Positions 18,956 to 29,328 are shown, counted from the first letter of the stretch. The stretch: DNA of 64,000 nucleotides from Vicinamibacteria bacterium (GCA_963555995.3 OY821641.1:992001-1056000); one strand, 5' to 3'. Translations and numbers: made by a program. Notes: generated by a model not told the origin, from the letters alone.

Positions 18956-20146
18956 ATGACCGCCGAAGCCGCTCCGCTGGTGCGGCGTATCCGCCGGCCG
19001 GACTGGCCGGAGGAACGCGAGGTGGTGCTGGTCGGCACCGCCCACATCTCCCCGGACTCACTCCGGCTCGTGCGGGAAACCATCGAGCGCGAGCGGCCCG
19101 ACGGGGTGTGCATCGAGCTGGACGACGCCCGCTACGAGGCGCTCATGGATCCGGCGGCCATCGAGCGCCTCGATCTCCGGCAGGTGGTCCGGGAGCGGAA
19201 GCTGCTGCCGCTGCTCGCCTCGGTGGCGCTCGGCGCCTGGCAGGCGCGGATGGGTCTCCGGCTCGGGGTGGAGCCGGGCGCCGAACTGAAGGAGGCGGCG
19301 CGCACCGCCGAGGAGGTGGACGCGGAAGTCCATCTCGTGGACCGGCAGGTCCGGACCACCCTCCTCAGGGTGTGGCGGCGGGCCGGCTTCCGGCAGCGGG
19401 TGAAGCTGCTCGCCAGCGGGCTCGAGTCGGGGAGCGCCGACGAGCCCACGAAAGAGGACATTGAGGAACTGCTTTCGGGGGACGTGGTCTCGCGGCTGGT
19501 GAACGAGTTGGGCGAGGCGTTCCCGACCCTGAAGGAGGTCGTCATTGACGAGCGGGACACCTGGATCGGGGAAGCGGTGAAGGCGGTTCCGGGAGGGCGG
19601 CTGGTGGTGGTGATCGGGGCGGGCCATCTCGACGGCGTCGAGCGGACGCTCCTCGCGGAGGAAGCGGTGTCCACCGCGCCGCTGGCCGAGATCCCGCCTC
19701 CGGGAAAGACCGGCCGCATCATCGGGTTCGCCATTCCGGCAATCATCCTGGGCGCGCTCGCCTGGACCTGGGCGGTGCGGGGGGCTGAGGCCGCCTCCGA
19801 CGGAGCGCTCTTCTGGATCGCGGTGAACTCGATTCCGGCGGCGGTCGGCGCGGTGCTCGCGCTGGCGCATCCGCTCACCATCCTGGCGGCGTTCCTGTGC
19901 GCGCCGTTCACCAGTCTGACCCCGGTGGTGGGGACGGGCTACGTCACCGCGTTCGTGCAGGCGTGGGTGCGGCCTCCGCGGGTGTTCGAGTTGCGGGAGC
20001 TGAAGGCGGACGCGCTGGTTCCGCGGCGCTGGTTCCGGAACCGGGCGCTCCGGATCGCGCTGGCGCTGATCCTGCCGACGATCGGGAGTATCTTCGGGAC
20101 GTTCGTGGGCGGGTCAAGGCTGATCAGCGGGGCGCTGGGGGGGTAG
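18956..20146 (+). CDS. TraB/GumN (pheromone shutdown-like) protein
   Basis: LVGTAHIS, CIELD, DERD, IGAGHL; C-terminal TM segments. Confidence 0.85.
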   Translation: MTAEAAPLVRRIRRPDWPEEREVVLVGTAHISPDSLRLVRETIERERPDGVCIELDDARYEALMDPAAIERLDLRQVVRERKLLPLLASVALGAWQARMGLRLGVEPGAELKEAARTAEEVDAEVHLVDRQVRTTLLRVWRRAGFRQRVKLLASGLESGSADEPTKEDIEELLSGDVVSRLVNELGEAFPTLKEVVIDERDTWIGEAVKAVPGGRLVVVIGAGHLDGVERTLLAEEAVSTAPLAEIPPPGKTGRIIGFAIPAIILGALAWTWAVRGAEAASDGALFWIAVNSIPAAVGAVLALAHPLTILAAFLCAPFTSLTPVVGTGYVTAFVQAWVRPPRVFELRELKADALVPRRWFRNRALRIALALILPTIGSIFGTFVGGSRLISGALGG

Positions 20147-20198
20147 GGGAGCCCGCCGAGTCAGGTGGCGTAGCGCGTTCGCTCCGCTGCGGGGAGCG

Positions 20199-20308
20199 GT
20201 GCCGGTCTGGAGACCGGCGTTCCAAGCCGTTTGCGCGATGTGTGGGACGAGCGGATGCGCCGCGCGGCCCTGGGGGGAGCGGTGCCGCCCCCTGAAGATC
20301 GGCGCTCC
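20199..20308 (-). repeat. two REP-like palindromes (second one degenerate)
   Basis: GTGCCGGTCTGGAGACCGGCGTTCC at 20199-20223; GTGCCGCCCCCTGAAGATCGGCGCTCC at 20282-20308. Confidence 0.75.
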
Positions 20309-20345
20309 CCGCCAACGGCCTGCCTGACACACAATCCCCCGTTCC

Positions 20346-21965
20346 GTGCCGCTGTCCACCACCGACCTGGTCACCTTCGTCCTGTTCCTCGGGGCGGTCA
20401 TCTTCGTCTCGCTGCGGGCTTCGCGGGGGCGGCGGACGGCGGAGGGGTACTTCCTCGCGGGCCGGAATCTGGGCGGCTGGGCCATCGGGATGTCGCTGGT
20501 GGCGACCAACATCTCCACCGAGCACTTCGTGGGGATGTCCGGGTCGGCGGCGACCGACATAGGCCTCGCCATCGCCAGTTACGAGTGGACCGCGGCGGCG
20601 GCGCTCATCGTCATCGGCTGGTTCCTGCTGCCCCGCTACCTGAAGAGCGGCGTCTTCACGATGCCGGAGTTCCTCGAGCGCCGCTACGACCGGGGCGCCC
20701 GGACGATCCTCGCCGCGCTCCTGACCGCCGCCACCGTCTTCGTGGCGATGGCGACCGTGCTCTACGCCGGGGCGGTGGCGCTGAACGCGATCTTTCTGCT
20801 TCCGGAACTCCTCGGCGGATTCTTCGGCCTCTCGCCCGACGCCGCCGAACTGGCCGCCACCCTGCTCGGGGTGTGGGGCATCGGCCTGCTGGCCAGCGTG
20901 TACACGATCTACGGCGGGCTGCGGGCGGTGGTCTGGTCCGACTTCATCCAGGGGATCGCGATCCTGGCGGGCGGGGGGATGGTGCTCTGGCTCGGGTTCT
21001 CGGCGCTCGGCGGGGAGGACGGCGTGCTCGCCGGGGCGGCGCTGTTCCTCGCGGAGAACCGGGACCGGCTCCATACGGTGCTGCCCGCCGACCATCCGGA
21101 GGTCCCCTGGACCGCGGTGTTCGTGGGTGGGCTCTGGATCGCCCAGTTCTTCTACTGGGGGGTGAACCAGTTCATCATCCAGCGCACCCTGGCGGCCCGG
21201 AGCCTCGCCGAGGGGCAGCGGGGAACCATCTTCGGGGCGTGGCTCAAGATCCTGGTGCCGTTCCTGATCTGCTTCCCCGGGATCCTCGCGGTGCAGCTTT
21301 ACGGGGACCAGATCGTCCACCCGGACCAGGCGTATCCGGTACTGGTCCGGGAGCTCCTGCCGCCCGCGCTCCGCGGGGTGCTGCTCGCTGCGCTGGCCGG
21401 CGCAATCATGAGTTCCTTCAACTCGATGCTGAACTCGGCTTCGACCATGTACGCGCTGGATGTCCACGGCCGGCTCTTCGGACGGCGGCCGTCGAGCGCA
21501 GCGGACGGGGAATCGTCGGTGCGCGTCGCGCGGGTGGCCTCGACGGTGTTCGTGGTCGCCGCCTGCCTCTGGGCGCCCCTGATCGGCGGGTTTCCCGGGG
21601 TGTTCCGCTACATCCAGACGGTCTGGGGGTTCGTGACTCCGGGCATCGTGGCGGTGTTCTTCGCCGGGGTGGTGTCGAAGCGGATTCCGGCGTTCGCCGC
21701 CCGCGCCGGCCTGCTGGCGGGGATTCCGATCTATGCGGTCCTGCGGCTGGCCTGGCCGGAGACGGCCTTCCTGCACCACATGGGGATCAGCTTCCTGATC
21801 CTGGTGGCGGGACTCGCGTTCGCCGCCTGGCGCTGGCCTCGTACCGAGGTTCCCGCACCCCCGGCCCCGGTGACGGGCGTGGACCTCACCCCGCTGCCGG
21901 GGGTGTACTGGAAGGGCGGGCTGGCGCTGGCGACGATCGCCGCGATCTACCTGATCTTTCCCTGA
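20346..21965 (+). CDS. sodium:solute (sugar/SGLT-like) symporter
   Basis: YFLAGR, SLVATNISTEHFVG, GGLRAVVWSD, FYWGVNQFIIQRTLAA. Confidence 0.9.
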   Translation: MPLSTTDLVTFVLFLGAVIFVSLRASRGRRTAEGYFLAGRNLGGWAIGMSLVATNISTEHFVGMSGSAATDIGLAIASYEWTAAAALIVIGWFLLPRYLKSGVFTMPEFLERRYDRGARTILAALLTAATVFVAMATVLYAGAVALNAIFLLPELLGGFFGLSPDAAELAATLLGVWGIGLLASVYTIYGGLRAVVWSDFIQGIAILAGGGMVLWLGFSALGGEDGVLAGAALFLAENRDRLHTVLPADHPEVPWTAVFVGGLWIAQFFYWGVNQFIIQRTLAARSLAEGQRGTIFGAWLKILVPFLICFPGILAVQLYGDQIVHPDQAYPVLVRELLPPALRGVLLAALAGAIMSSFNSMLNSASTMYALDVHGRLFGRRPSSAADGESSVRVARVASTVFVVAACLWAPLIGGFPGVFRYIQTVWGFVTPGIVAVFFAGVVSKRIPAFAARAGLLAGIPIYAVLRLAWPETAFLHHMGISFLILVAGLAFAAWRWPRTEVPAPPAPVTGVDLTPLPGVYWKGGLALATIAAIYLIFP

Positions 21966-21975
21966 TGGGGTCGCC

Positions 21976-22374
21976 CTACCACAGCGTTCGGACGTGACCG
22001 TATTTGCGGAGCTTCGCGTCCCGGGTGATCAGGACCGCCCCCTGGGTCCGGGCGGTGGCCGCGATGATCTGATCCGCCGGGTCGCCCGGCAGTGCCTCCG
22101 GCAAGCGGCAACTTTCCACCAGCACCGAGCGGCTCAGCGGGACGGTCTTGATTCCCGCCGGCTCCAGGGCGAGATCAAGCCAGTCGTCGAGGGGCTGGCC
22201 CAGTACCAGTTGCCTTTTCTCGACCTTCTTGGCGATCTCCCAGATCGAGATGGACGACAGCCAGAGGTTTCCTTCCGCGCGGCTCGTCTCGATCGCTTTC
22301 CGCGCTTGTGCGGAGAGGCGGTCGTCGTTTGTCACCCACCAGATCCACGCGTGGGTGTCAAGGACGATCGGCAT
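21976..22374 (-). CDS. vapC: VapC family PIN-domain toxin
   Basis: IVLDTHAWIWW, SISIWEI, DPADQIIAATA, LITRD. Confidence 0.9.
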   Translation of the reverse strand: MPIVLDTHAWIWWVTNDDRLSAQARKAIETSRAEGNLWLSSISIWEIAKKVEKRQLVLGQPLDDWLDLALEPAGIKTVPLSRSVLVESCRLPEALPGDPADQIIAATARTQGAVLITRDAKLRKYGHVRTLW

Positions 22375-22582
22375 CCCAGATCTCTCCCGTACCGTAGGGA
22401 TCGCCGGTTTCCCGAAGCACACTCCCGGCGAGACTCCGCTTCCGGTTGGAGGGGATATACGGCATGAGTTGGGCTACCGGCTTTCCGCGTTTGGTGATGA
22501 CCACCGGAGTGCGCGTCTTCGCCACCTCATCGAGCAGTTTGAGACAGGTGTCCTTGAATTTCCCGGCCGCGATGTGAGTCAT
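22358..22582 (-). CDS. Phd/YefM family antitoxin
   Basis: AGKFKDTCLKLLDEV..PVVITKRGKPVAQL; overlaps vapC. Confidence 0.9.
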   Translation of the reverse strand: MTHIAAGKFKDTCLKLLDEVAKTRTPVVITKRGKPVAQLMPYIPSNRKRSLAGSVLRETGDPYGTGEIWDADRP

Positions 22583-22588
22583 GATCCA

Positions 22589-22613
22589 ATTATAGCCATA
22601 GCAATATGGCTAT
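22589..22613 (-). promoter_or_regulatory. TA operon -10 box and palindromic operator
   Basis: TATAAT 6 nt before the ATG; ATAGCCATA-GCAA-TATGGCTAT perfect 9-bp inverted repeat. Confidence 0.75.
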
Positions 22614-22619
22614 GACCAT

Positions 22620-25616
22620 TTATGGACTCGATTCGCCGGAACCCGGCCTTCCGCGCGGCTCCCTGCGCTCCGGCTTCAGGATCCAGCCGTCGCCCCGGCT
22701 CCCCTGCATCCGGACGCTCAGCGGGGCCTCGAGACGCAGGTGGCGGACGGGACCGTGTTCCCAGACAGCCGGTTGGGTGGCCAGCCAGTCCCAATCGAGG
22801 TGGCCGTCGCCGCGCTCGGGATTCACGGTGAAGTAGCCGATCCCGTTCGAGACGAGGTTCTCGAAGAAGTGGGTCCCCTGGGAAGGCGTGACCACCAGAT
22901 CGCGGAATCCGGTCTCCACGATGACGCGGGCGCCGCTGACCTGCTCCCAGGTGACCGGAATCCCGAGGAAGCGGTCCCGGGACCCCCAGCGGCCCACCCC
23001 GACGAGCGCATAGGGACGGCCTTCCCGCTGGAGGCTGCGGTTGCAGCGGGCGACGTCCCGTGCGACCTCCCGGCTCTCCAGGCGGTCGTAGGTGTCCCGG
23101 TGGACCACCACCAGATCGTGCAGCCCCTCGATCTGTCCGTGGCCCAGCACCTGGGAACTCCGGCAGAGCACGCGGTCGCCGCTGGCGGCGGCCATTTCCT
23201 CCGCCGGGGGCGGTTCCCGCGCCGGCTGGAGGCGCCGCAACTGCACGAAACCGAACTCGCGCGGGCTTCCTCGCGGCACGGACAGGTTGGCGGCGAACTC
23301 CAGCTCCACGGGAGCGCGGCAGGCCTCCTCGCCGAGGTCCAGAAGTTCCGTGAGGATGGCCGCCAGCGGGAACAGGTCGGGCATCTTCAGCAGCGGGGCC
23401 AGGGTCAGGAACCGGCTCCCCGGCCGCGAGACGCCATCGTGGAGCGCACCGGACTCCTTGGACCAGGTCGAGGCGAGCAGCCCCAGCACGCCGTCGCTCT
23501 CCGCGTCCGCCAGGGACCCGGAGAGGAGCGGCGGCGACCCCTGGAGTCCGGCCGGGAGCTCGGGTTCGAGATCCACGGCGAGGAACTCGCTCTGGGAATT
23601 GCGCCACGCATCCTGCGTGCTCTGGTATCCGAGGCGGTGCTGGGGATGGCGCGGCGAGAACCGGACCGCCGGACCGCCGCTCGTGATCGCCTCCCCGAGT
23701 CCGAGCCCGACCGTCGCGATCCCGTCGCCGGCCTGGAGCGGCGCGGTGGGATAGAAGTTCTGCGACCGGGCGGTCCCGGCGATGTCCGGGTAGAAGCGGC
23801 GGCCGTGCGGCAGCCCGACGACCCGCTGGAGAATGACCGCCATCTTCTCCTCCTCCTGGCGGTAGGGGGTGCTGTCGAGGAAGCTGCGGACCCTCGGCAG
23901 GAACAGCGAGGCGTACACCTGCTTGATGGCCCGGGCGAGGGCCACGAGGCGTTCCCGGGCGGTGTCTTGCTGGTTCGCGACCAGCACGGTCTCGTACACC
24001 CCGGAGAACGGCTGGTAGGGCGAGTCTTCGAGCAGGCTCGACGAGCGGACCGCCAGCGGATACCGCACCTTTTCCTGGAACCGGCCGAGGTCCCGCCACG
24101 CCTCTTCGGGGAACCGCGCCTGGTCGAACCGCTCCCGGAGCTCCGCTTCGCTCGATACCTCGAGCGCGAAGGAGAGGAGGTCGTTGTCCTCCATGAAGCG
24201 GTCGAAGATCCCGGTCGCGAGCACGACCGACTGCGGCACCGCGATGATCGTTTCCGGGTGTCGCTCCTCGATGCCCGAGCGGGCGAGGACCGAGTTCGTG
24301 AACGCCAGGCCGCGCGCCTTGCCGCCCACCGACCCGCCGCCGATGCGGAGGAATCCGGCGTCCGGGTCGAATCCCTCCCGCGGGAAGTCGGCCACCACCG
24401 AGCGGCTCCGCTCCCGCCGCCGCTGCTGGAGCCGGCGGGCCACGTCCCGGCCCATGTGGTCCCCCGGGCCGTAGTCGCTGATCCGCACTTCGCGGAGGCG
24501 CCGGGCCAGTTCCAGTTCTCCCCGCGCCATCAGCCAGTGCGAGATCTCGTTGTTCCGGGCGTGCGGCACGAGCACTTCGTGGGGCACCGAACCGATGACC
24601 CGTTCGAACGAGTCCAGGTCGCCGGCGCGCGCGACTTCCGCGCCGTCGGGCCCGCGGAATATGAAGTCGCCGAAATGGAACCGTTCGCGCATCAGGCCGC
24701 GGATCCGCCGCAGCAGGTCCCGCGAGCCCTTCAGCAGGAAGTCGGCCCCCACGCTGCGGGCGCGGGCTTCGTTCTCCGGGCGGCGGGAGTGGACGATCGC
24801 GGGAATGTCGGGGCGCATCCGCCGCATCGCGGCGACGAAGCGTTCCCCCGCCTGGGGATCGCGCCGGCCCTTCCGGGGGAACTCCACGTCCGAGATCACT
24901 CCGAGGATCTGGTCCGGGAAGGCGGTGAAGGACTCCCACGCCTCCTCGTAGTCGTCGCACAGGAGGATCTTGGGGCGGCGGCGGACCCGGTCGAACTTCT
25001 CGGTGAGGCTCAGGCCCTCCGGGATGAGCTTCCGGGTCTGCTCGAAGACCGCCTGGTACACCACCGGCAGGAACGAGGAGTAGTAGCGGATGCTGTCCTC
25101 GATCAGCAGGATGGCGGGAACCCCGAGGTTGCCGGTGTCCTGGGGTGCGTTCCGGCGGTCCTCGATCTGCTTCACGATCGCGAGGAAGATCCCGACGTCT
25201 CCCTGCCAGACGAACGGCTTGGCGAGGTCGCTGCCGCGGTGGCGCCGCAGGTACTCGCGCACCGTGCGGGTGTCGTACCCGAAGAGGGTGACCGGCGTCC
25301 GGTGTCCCGCCTCGCGGAGCCGCTGCGCGAAGGTCCCGATGTCCATGTCGCCGAGGTCCGGCGAGCCGATCACCAACTGGAAGCGGTTCGGGGTGTGGGC
25401 GAGGCGTTCCAGGGCCTCGGTCCCCGACTCCACCTGCGTCACGCCCGGACGGATGCGGAGGTTCAGGTCGAGGAACCCGGAGAGGACCCGTTCGTCGAGC
25501 TGGCCGTCCTCCGCCAGGATGAACGAGTCGTAGTGGCTCAGCACGAAGAGGACTTCGTGGACCCGGAACCCCAGCAGGTCGGCGAACGCCGGCGAGAGGG
25601 CGCCGTGGAGCGGCAT
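22620..25616 (-). CDS. receiver-like domains fused to a PPDK/PEP-synthase N-terminal (ATP-grasp) domain
   Basis: ILLIEDSIRYYS (REC-like), GGKARGLAF, YPLAVRSSSLLEDS..PFSGVY, GVGRWGSRD..GIPV, SQGTHFF; no phosphohistidine swivel motif seen. Confidence 0.8.
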   Translation of the reverse strand: MPLHGALSPAFADLLGFRVHEVLFVLSHYDSFILAEDGQLDERVLSGFLDLNLRIRPGVTQVESGTEALERLAHTPNRFQLVIGSPDLGDMDIGTFAQRLREAGHRTPVTLFGYDTRTVREYLRRHRGSDLAKPFVWQGDVGIFLAIVKQIEDRRNAPQDTGNLGVPAILLIEDSIRYYSSFLPVVYQAVFEQTRKLIPEGLSLTEKFDRVRRRPKILLCDDYEEAWESFTAFPDQILGVISDVEFPRKGRRDPQAGERFVAAMRRMRPDIPAIVHSRRPENEARARSVGADFLLKGSRDLLRRIRGLMRERFHFGDFIFRGPDGAEVARAGDLDSFERVIGSVPHEVLVPHARNNEISHWLMARGELELARRLREVRISDYGPGDHMGRDVARRLQQRRRERSRSVVADFPREGFDPDAGFLRIGGGSVGGKARGLAFTNSVLARSGIEERHPETIIAVPQSVVLATGIFDRFMEDNDLLSFALEVSSEAELRERFDQARFPEEAWRDLGRFQEKVRYPLAVRSSSLLEDSPYQPFSGVYETVLVANQQDTARERLVALARAIKQVYASLFLPRVRSFLDSTPYRQEEEKMAVILQRVVGLPHGRRFYPDIAGTARSQNFYPTAPLQAGDGIATVGLGLGEAITSGGPAVRFSPRHPQHRLGYQSTQDAWRNSQSEFLAVDLEPELPAGLQGSPPLLSGSLADAESDGVLGLLASTWSKESGALHDGVSRPGSRFLTLAPLLKMPDLFPLAAILTELLDLGEEACRAPVELEFAANLSVPRGSPREFGFVQLRRLQPAREPPPAEEMAAASGDRVLCRSSQVLGHGQIEGLHDLVVVHRDTYDRLESREVARDVARCNRSLQREGRPYALVGVGRWGSRDRFLGIPVTWEQVSGARVIVETGFRDLVVTPSQGTHFFENLVSNGIGYFTVNPERGDGHLDWDWLATQPAVWEHGPVRHLRLEAPLSVRMQGSRGDGWILKPERREPRGRPGSGESSP

Positions 25617-25744
25617 GGATTTGCTAGTTTCTCATTCCCGCACGCTGGTCGTCGGCGTGGGCCGATCCGGTCCGGAACGGCACTTCGGGTTACGGGACGG
25701 CCCTCCCGCCCCTACAATCCGCGCCCAAATTGGCCGGAGGGTCC

Positions 25745-27103
25745 ATGAGCTATATCGAATCCGTCCTCAACCAGGTCGCGGCGCGGAACGCGAACGAGCC
25801 CGAGTTCAACCAGGCCGTCCGCGAGGTCATCGAGTCGGTGGCGGTCGTCATCGAGCGGCATCCCGAGTACCGCGCCGCGCGGGTGCTCGACCGCATGGTC
25901 GAACCCGAACGCTTGGTCCAGTTCCGGGTCCCCTGGGTGGATGACGCCGGCGAGGTCCGGGTGAACCGGGGCTTCCGGATCGAGATGAACAGCGCGATCG
26001 GGCCCTACAAGGGCGGACTCCGCTTCCATCCCTCGGTCAACGCTTCCATCCTCAAGTTCCTCGCCTTCGAGCAGGTGTTCAAGAACTCGCTGACCACGCT
26101 GCCGCTCGGCGGCGGCAAGGGCGGCTCGGACTTCGACCCCAAGGGCAAGAGCGACGCCGAGGTGATGCGCTTCTGCCAGTCGTTCATGACCGAGCTGCAC
26201 CGCCACATCGGTCCCTACACGGATGTCCCGGCGGGCGACATCGGGGTCGGCGGCCGGGAGATCGGCTTCCTCTTCGGCCAGTACAAGCGGCTCGCCAACG
26301 AGTTCACCGGGACGCTCACCGGGAAGTCGCCGGGCTGGGGCGGTTCGCTGATCCGGCCGGAAGCCACCGGCTACGGGGCCGTCTATTTCGCCCAGGAGAT
26401 GCTCAACACCCGCAGCGACGGACTCCAGGGCAAGACCTGTCTCGTTTCCGGCAGCGGCAACGTGGCGCAGTTCACCGTGGAGAAGCTGCACGAGCTCGAG
26501 GCGAAGGCGGTCACGCTGTCCGATTCGTCGGGCTTCATCCACGACCCCGCCGGCATCGACGCCGAGAAGCTGGCGTTCGTCATGGAGCTGAAGAACGTCC
26601 GCCGCGGCAGGATCCGGGAATACGCCGAGAAGTTCCCGGGGGTGAGCTACCACGACGCCGATCCGGGCGCCGACCACAACCCGCTCTGGGCTATCCCCGC
26701 CGAGTGCGCCTTCCCGAGCGCCACCGAGAACGAGATCAGCGGCAACGACGCCTCCACGCTGCTGGCGAACGGCTGCTTCGTGGTCTCCGAGGGCGCCAAC
26801 ATGCCGTCGGTCCCGGACGCGGTGGAGCAGTTCGTCGCCGCCAAGATCCTCTACGGACCCGGCAAGGCCGCGAACGCCGGCGGCGTCGCGGTGTCCGGGC
26901 TCGAGATGGCCCAGAACGTCGGCATGATCCAGTGGAAGCGGGAGGTGGTGGACCACCGCCTCGCCGACATCATGTTCGAGATCCACGACGCCTGCGTCAA
27001 GGCGTCCGAACGGTTCGACGCGGCCGGCAACTACGTGGTGGGCGCCAACATCGCCGGGTTCTTCAAGGTCGCCGACGCGATGATGGACCAGGGCGTCGTC
27101 TAG
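25745..27103 (+). CDS. gdhA: NADP-specific glutamate dehydrogenase
   Basis: GPYKGGLRFHPSVN, GGGKGGSDFDPKGKS, DVPAGDIGVG, GKAANAGGV; GGAGG RBS; TACAAT at 25713. Confidence 0.95.
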   Translation: MSYIESVLNQVAARNANEPEFNQAVREVIESVAVVIERHPEYRAARVLDRMVEPERLVQFRVPWVDDAGEVRVNRGFRIEMNSAIGPYKGGLRFHPSVNASILKFLAFEQVFKNSLTTLPLGGGKGGSDFDPKGKSDAEVMRFCQSFMTELHRHIGPYTDVPAGDIGVGGREIGFLFGQYKRLANEFTGTLTGKSPGWGGSLIRPEATGYGAVYFAQEMLNTRSDGLQGKTCLVSGSGNVAQFTVEKLHELEAKAVTLSDSSGFIHDPAGIDAEKLAFVMELKNVRRGRIREYAEKFPGVSYHDADPGADHNPLWAIPAECAFPSATENEISGNDASTLLANGCFVVSEGANMPSVPDAVEQFVAAKILYGPGKAANAGGVAVSGLEMAQNVGMIQWKREVVDHRLADIMFEIHDACVKASERFDAAGNYVVGANIAGFFKVADAMMDQGVV

Positions 27104-27203
27104 CGGCCTGCGGCGAAACCCCCGTGAAGGCCGAGACGGGCCAGTTGCCGTGAAAGTGCGGCTCCCGCGGGTCCGCCAACAGCCGTGACGGCGCCGCTCG
27201 CTT

Positions 27204-27403
27204 GGAACGCCGGCTTCAGCCGGCACAGCCCGCCGAAGGCGGGCGGCAGGAAGGATCTCATCCGACGGGATGGCGCGAAGGCCGGGAACGCCTGGCCACC
27301 AGTTCTTTCGTGGCGCCTCGCCTGCCCACGCGCCATGCGGGCAGGAGGTGTACGTCGTTCCGCTGCGCTCTGCGCAGCGGGTGCCGGCTGAAGCCGGCGT
27401 TCC
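27204..27403. repeat. inverted pair of REP-like palindromes
   Basis: GGAACGCCGGCTTCAGCCGGCAC at 27204-27226 and its reverse complement at 27381-27403. Confidence 0.85.
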
Positions 27404-27510
27404 AAGCCGTTTCCGCCATTCTCATGACCGGCGGGATGCATCGCCCGTCGAACGCCGCGTGGGTTTGCCGCAGGCCGCTAGGACCGGCCGCCGGGTAGCC
27501 GGGCAGCGGT

Positions 27511-28221
27511 TCAGGCCGGCGGGGGAGGAGGGTCCCCTTCCAACTGCTCCTTCTGCCACTCGGGGACCACGACCCCGAGCGAGATGATCATCTGGAGGGC
27601 CTGCTGCCGGCTCATCGAGAGCTCGATGACGTCTTCCCTGGGCAGGGTGATCACGAAGCCCGAGGTCGGGTTCGGCGTGGTGGGCACGAAGACCGCCATC
27701 ACTTCCCGCCCGCCCGGCGCCGTTCCGCCGGCCTCGGATGAGTCGCCGGTTCCGTTCCGCTCGGCGATGCGCTTTCGCACCCGGTGCTGCACCTCCCCGA
27801 GTTCGCCCGCCATCTGGAACGCGATGCTGTAGGCCCCGCGCCGGGGATATTCGATCAGGACGACCTTCCCGAAGGCGTCGCCGGAGGTGAAGAGCGCCTC
27901 CAGCAACTGGCGGACGCCCGAATAGATCCAGCGCGCCACCGGGACCCGGCTGAGCGGGCGTTCAACCGTGGCGCGGAGCACCACCCGGAAGACGCCGAAC
28001 TTCGTGACGCCCCAGCCGGTCAGGAACAGCACCCCGATCACCACGCCGAGCGCCGTGAGCCGCGGCTCCCAGGGGAGGGAGGGGAAGAACCAGGACTGGA
28101 TGATCGAATAGATCAACCGTCCCACCAGGAACACCGCCGCGAGCGGAATCCAGACCAGGAAACCGCGCAGCAGATAGCGCCGGAGGTTCGCCCAAAAGGT
28201 CAACTCCGGGGCGGCGGACAT
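27511..28221 (-). CDS. DUF502 membrane protein
   Basis: VVLIEYPRRG, VFVPTTPNPTSGF, IISLGVV. Confidence 0.85.
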   Translation of the reverse strand: MSAAPELTFWANLRRYLLRGFLVWIPLAAVFLVGRLIYSIIQSWFFPSLPWEPRLTALGVVIGVLFLTGWGVTKFGVFRVVLRATVERPLSRVPVARWIYSGVRQLLEALFTSGDAFGKVVLIEYPRRGAYSIAFQMAGELGEVQHRVRKRIAERNGTGDSSEAGGTAPGGREVMAVFVPTTPNPTSGFVITLPREDVIELSMSRQQALQMIISLGVVVPEWQKEQLEGDPPPPPA

Positions 28222-28270
28222 CTCGCGGTGAGTCTATGGCCGTCGGGGCCGTTTACCATCCCCGCCCAAC

Positions 28271-29323
28271 ATGGAACTGCCCATCGTCTGCCTTCCCGGC
28301 GACGGGATCGGCCCCGACGCGGTGGCCGCGGCGGAGCGTGTGCTGGAGCGGGTGGCGGACCGGTTCGGTCACCGCCTTGTGGTCGAGCGCCACGACTTCG
28401 CGGGAGTGGCCTGGGACCGCACGGGAACCGGGTTCCCCGACGAGACGCGGGTCGCCTGCGCCGGCGCCCGGGCGATCCTGCTGGGGGCGGTCGGGGATCC
28501 GCGCCACGACGTGCTCCCCGCCGCCGAGCGTCCCGAACGCGCGCTGCTGCAGCTCCGCCGGATGCTCGGCGCCTACGCGAACCTGCGCCCGATCAAGGTA
28601 ATCCGGGTGCTCGACAGCTCGCCCTTCCGGCCCGCGGCCATCGAAGGCGCGGACCTCCTCATCGTGCGCGAACTGACCGGGGGCATCTACTACGGCGAGC
28701 CGCGCGGCATCCGGGAGGAGAACGGCCAGCGGGTTGGCGTCAACACCCTCCGTTACGAGGTTCGGGAGATCGAGCGGATCGCCCGCGTTGCGTTCGAGGC
28801 CGCCGCGCGTCGCCGCGGTCTCCTCCTGTCGGTGGACAAGGCGAACGTCCTCGAGTCCTCGCAGCTCTGGCGCGAGGTGGTCGCGGGCCTCGCCACCGAC
28901 TATCCCGACGTCCGGCTCGACCACATGTACGTGGACCGGGCGGCGATGGAGATCGTCCGCGACCCGCGCCAGTTCGACGTGATCCTCACCGGCAACATGT
29001 TCGGCGACATCCTGAGCGACGAGGCGTCCGTGCTGGCCGGATCGCTCGGCCTCCTGCCGTCGGCGAGCGTGGGCGAGGGCGGCGGTCTCTACGAGCCGGT
29101 CCACGGCTCGGCCCCGGACATCGCCGGCCAGGGGATCGCGAACCCCCTGGCGGCCATCTCCTCCGCCGCCATGATGCTCGAACTCTCCTTCGGGCTGAAG
29201 GAGGAAGCCGCGGCCATCGAGTCCGCGGTCACCGACTGCCTCCGCGGCGACGTCCTCCCGCGCGACCTCGGCGGCGCCGCCGGCACCACCGAGATCACCG
29301 ACGTCGTCCTGGCCGCCCTGTAA
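28271..29323 (+). CDS. leuB: 3-isopropylmalate dehydrogenase
   Basis: LPGDGIGP, ANLRP, VRELTGGIYYG, VDKANVL, NMFGDILSDEAS, EPVHGSAPDIAG. Confidence 0.95.
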   Translation: MELPIVCLPGDGIGPDAVAAAERVLERVADRFGHRLVVERHDFAGVAWDRTGTGFPDETRVACAGARAILLGAVGDPRHDVLPAAERPERALLQLRRMLGAYANLRPIKVIRVLDSSPFRPAAIEGADLLIVRELTGGIYYGEPRGIREENGQRVGVNTLRYEVREIERIARVAFEAAARRRGLLLSVDKANVLESSQLWREVVAGLATDYPDVRLDHMYVDRAAMEIVRDPRQFDVILTGNMFGDILSDEASVLAGSLGLLPSASVGEGGGLYEPVHGSAPDIAGQGIANPLAAISSAAMMLELSFGLKEEAAAIESAVTDCLRGDVLPRDLGGAAGTTEITDVVLAAL

Positions 29324-29328
29324 ATAAG

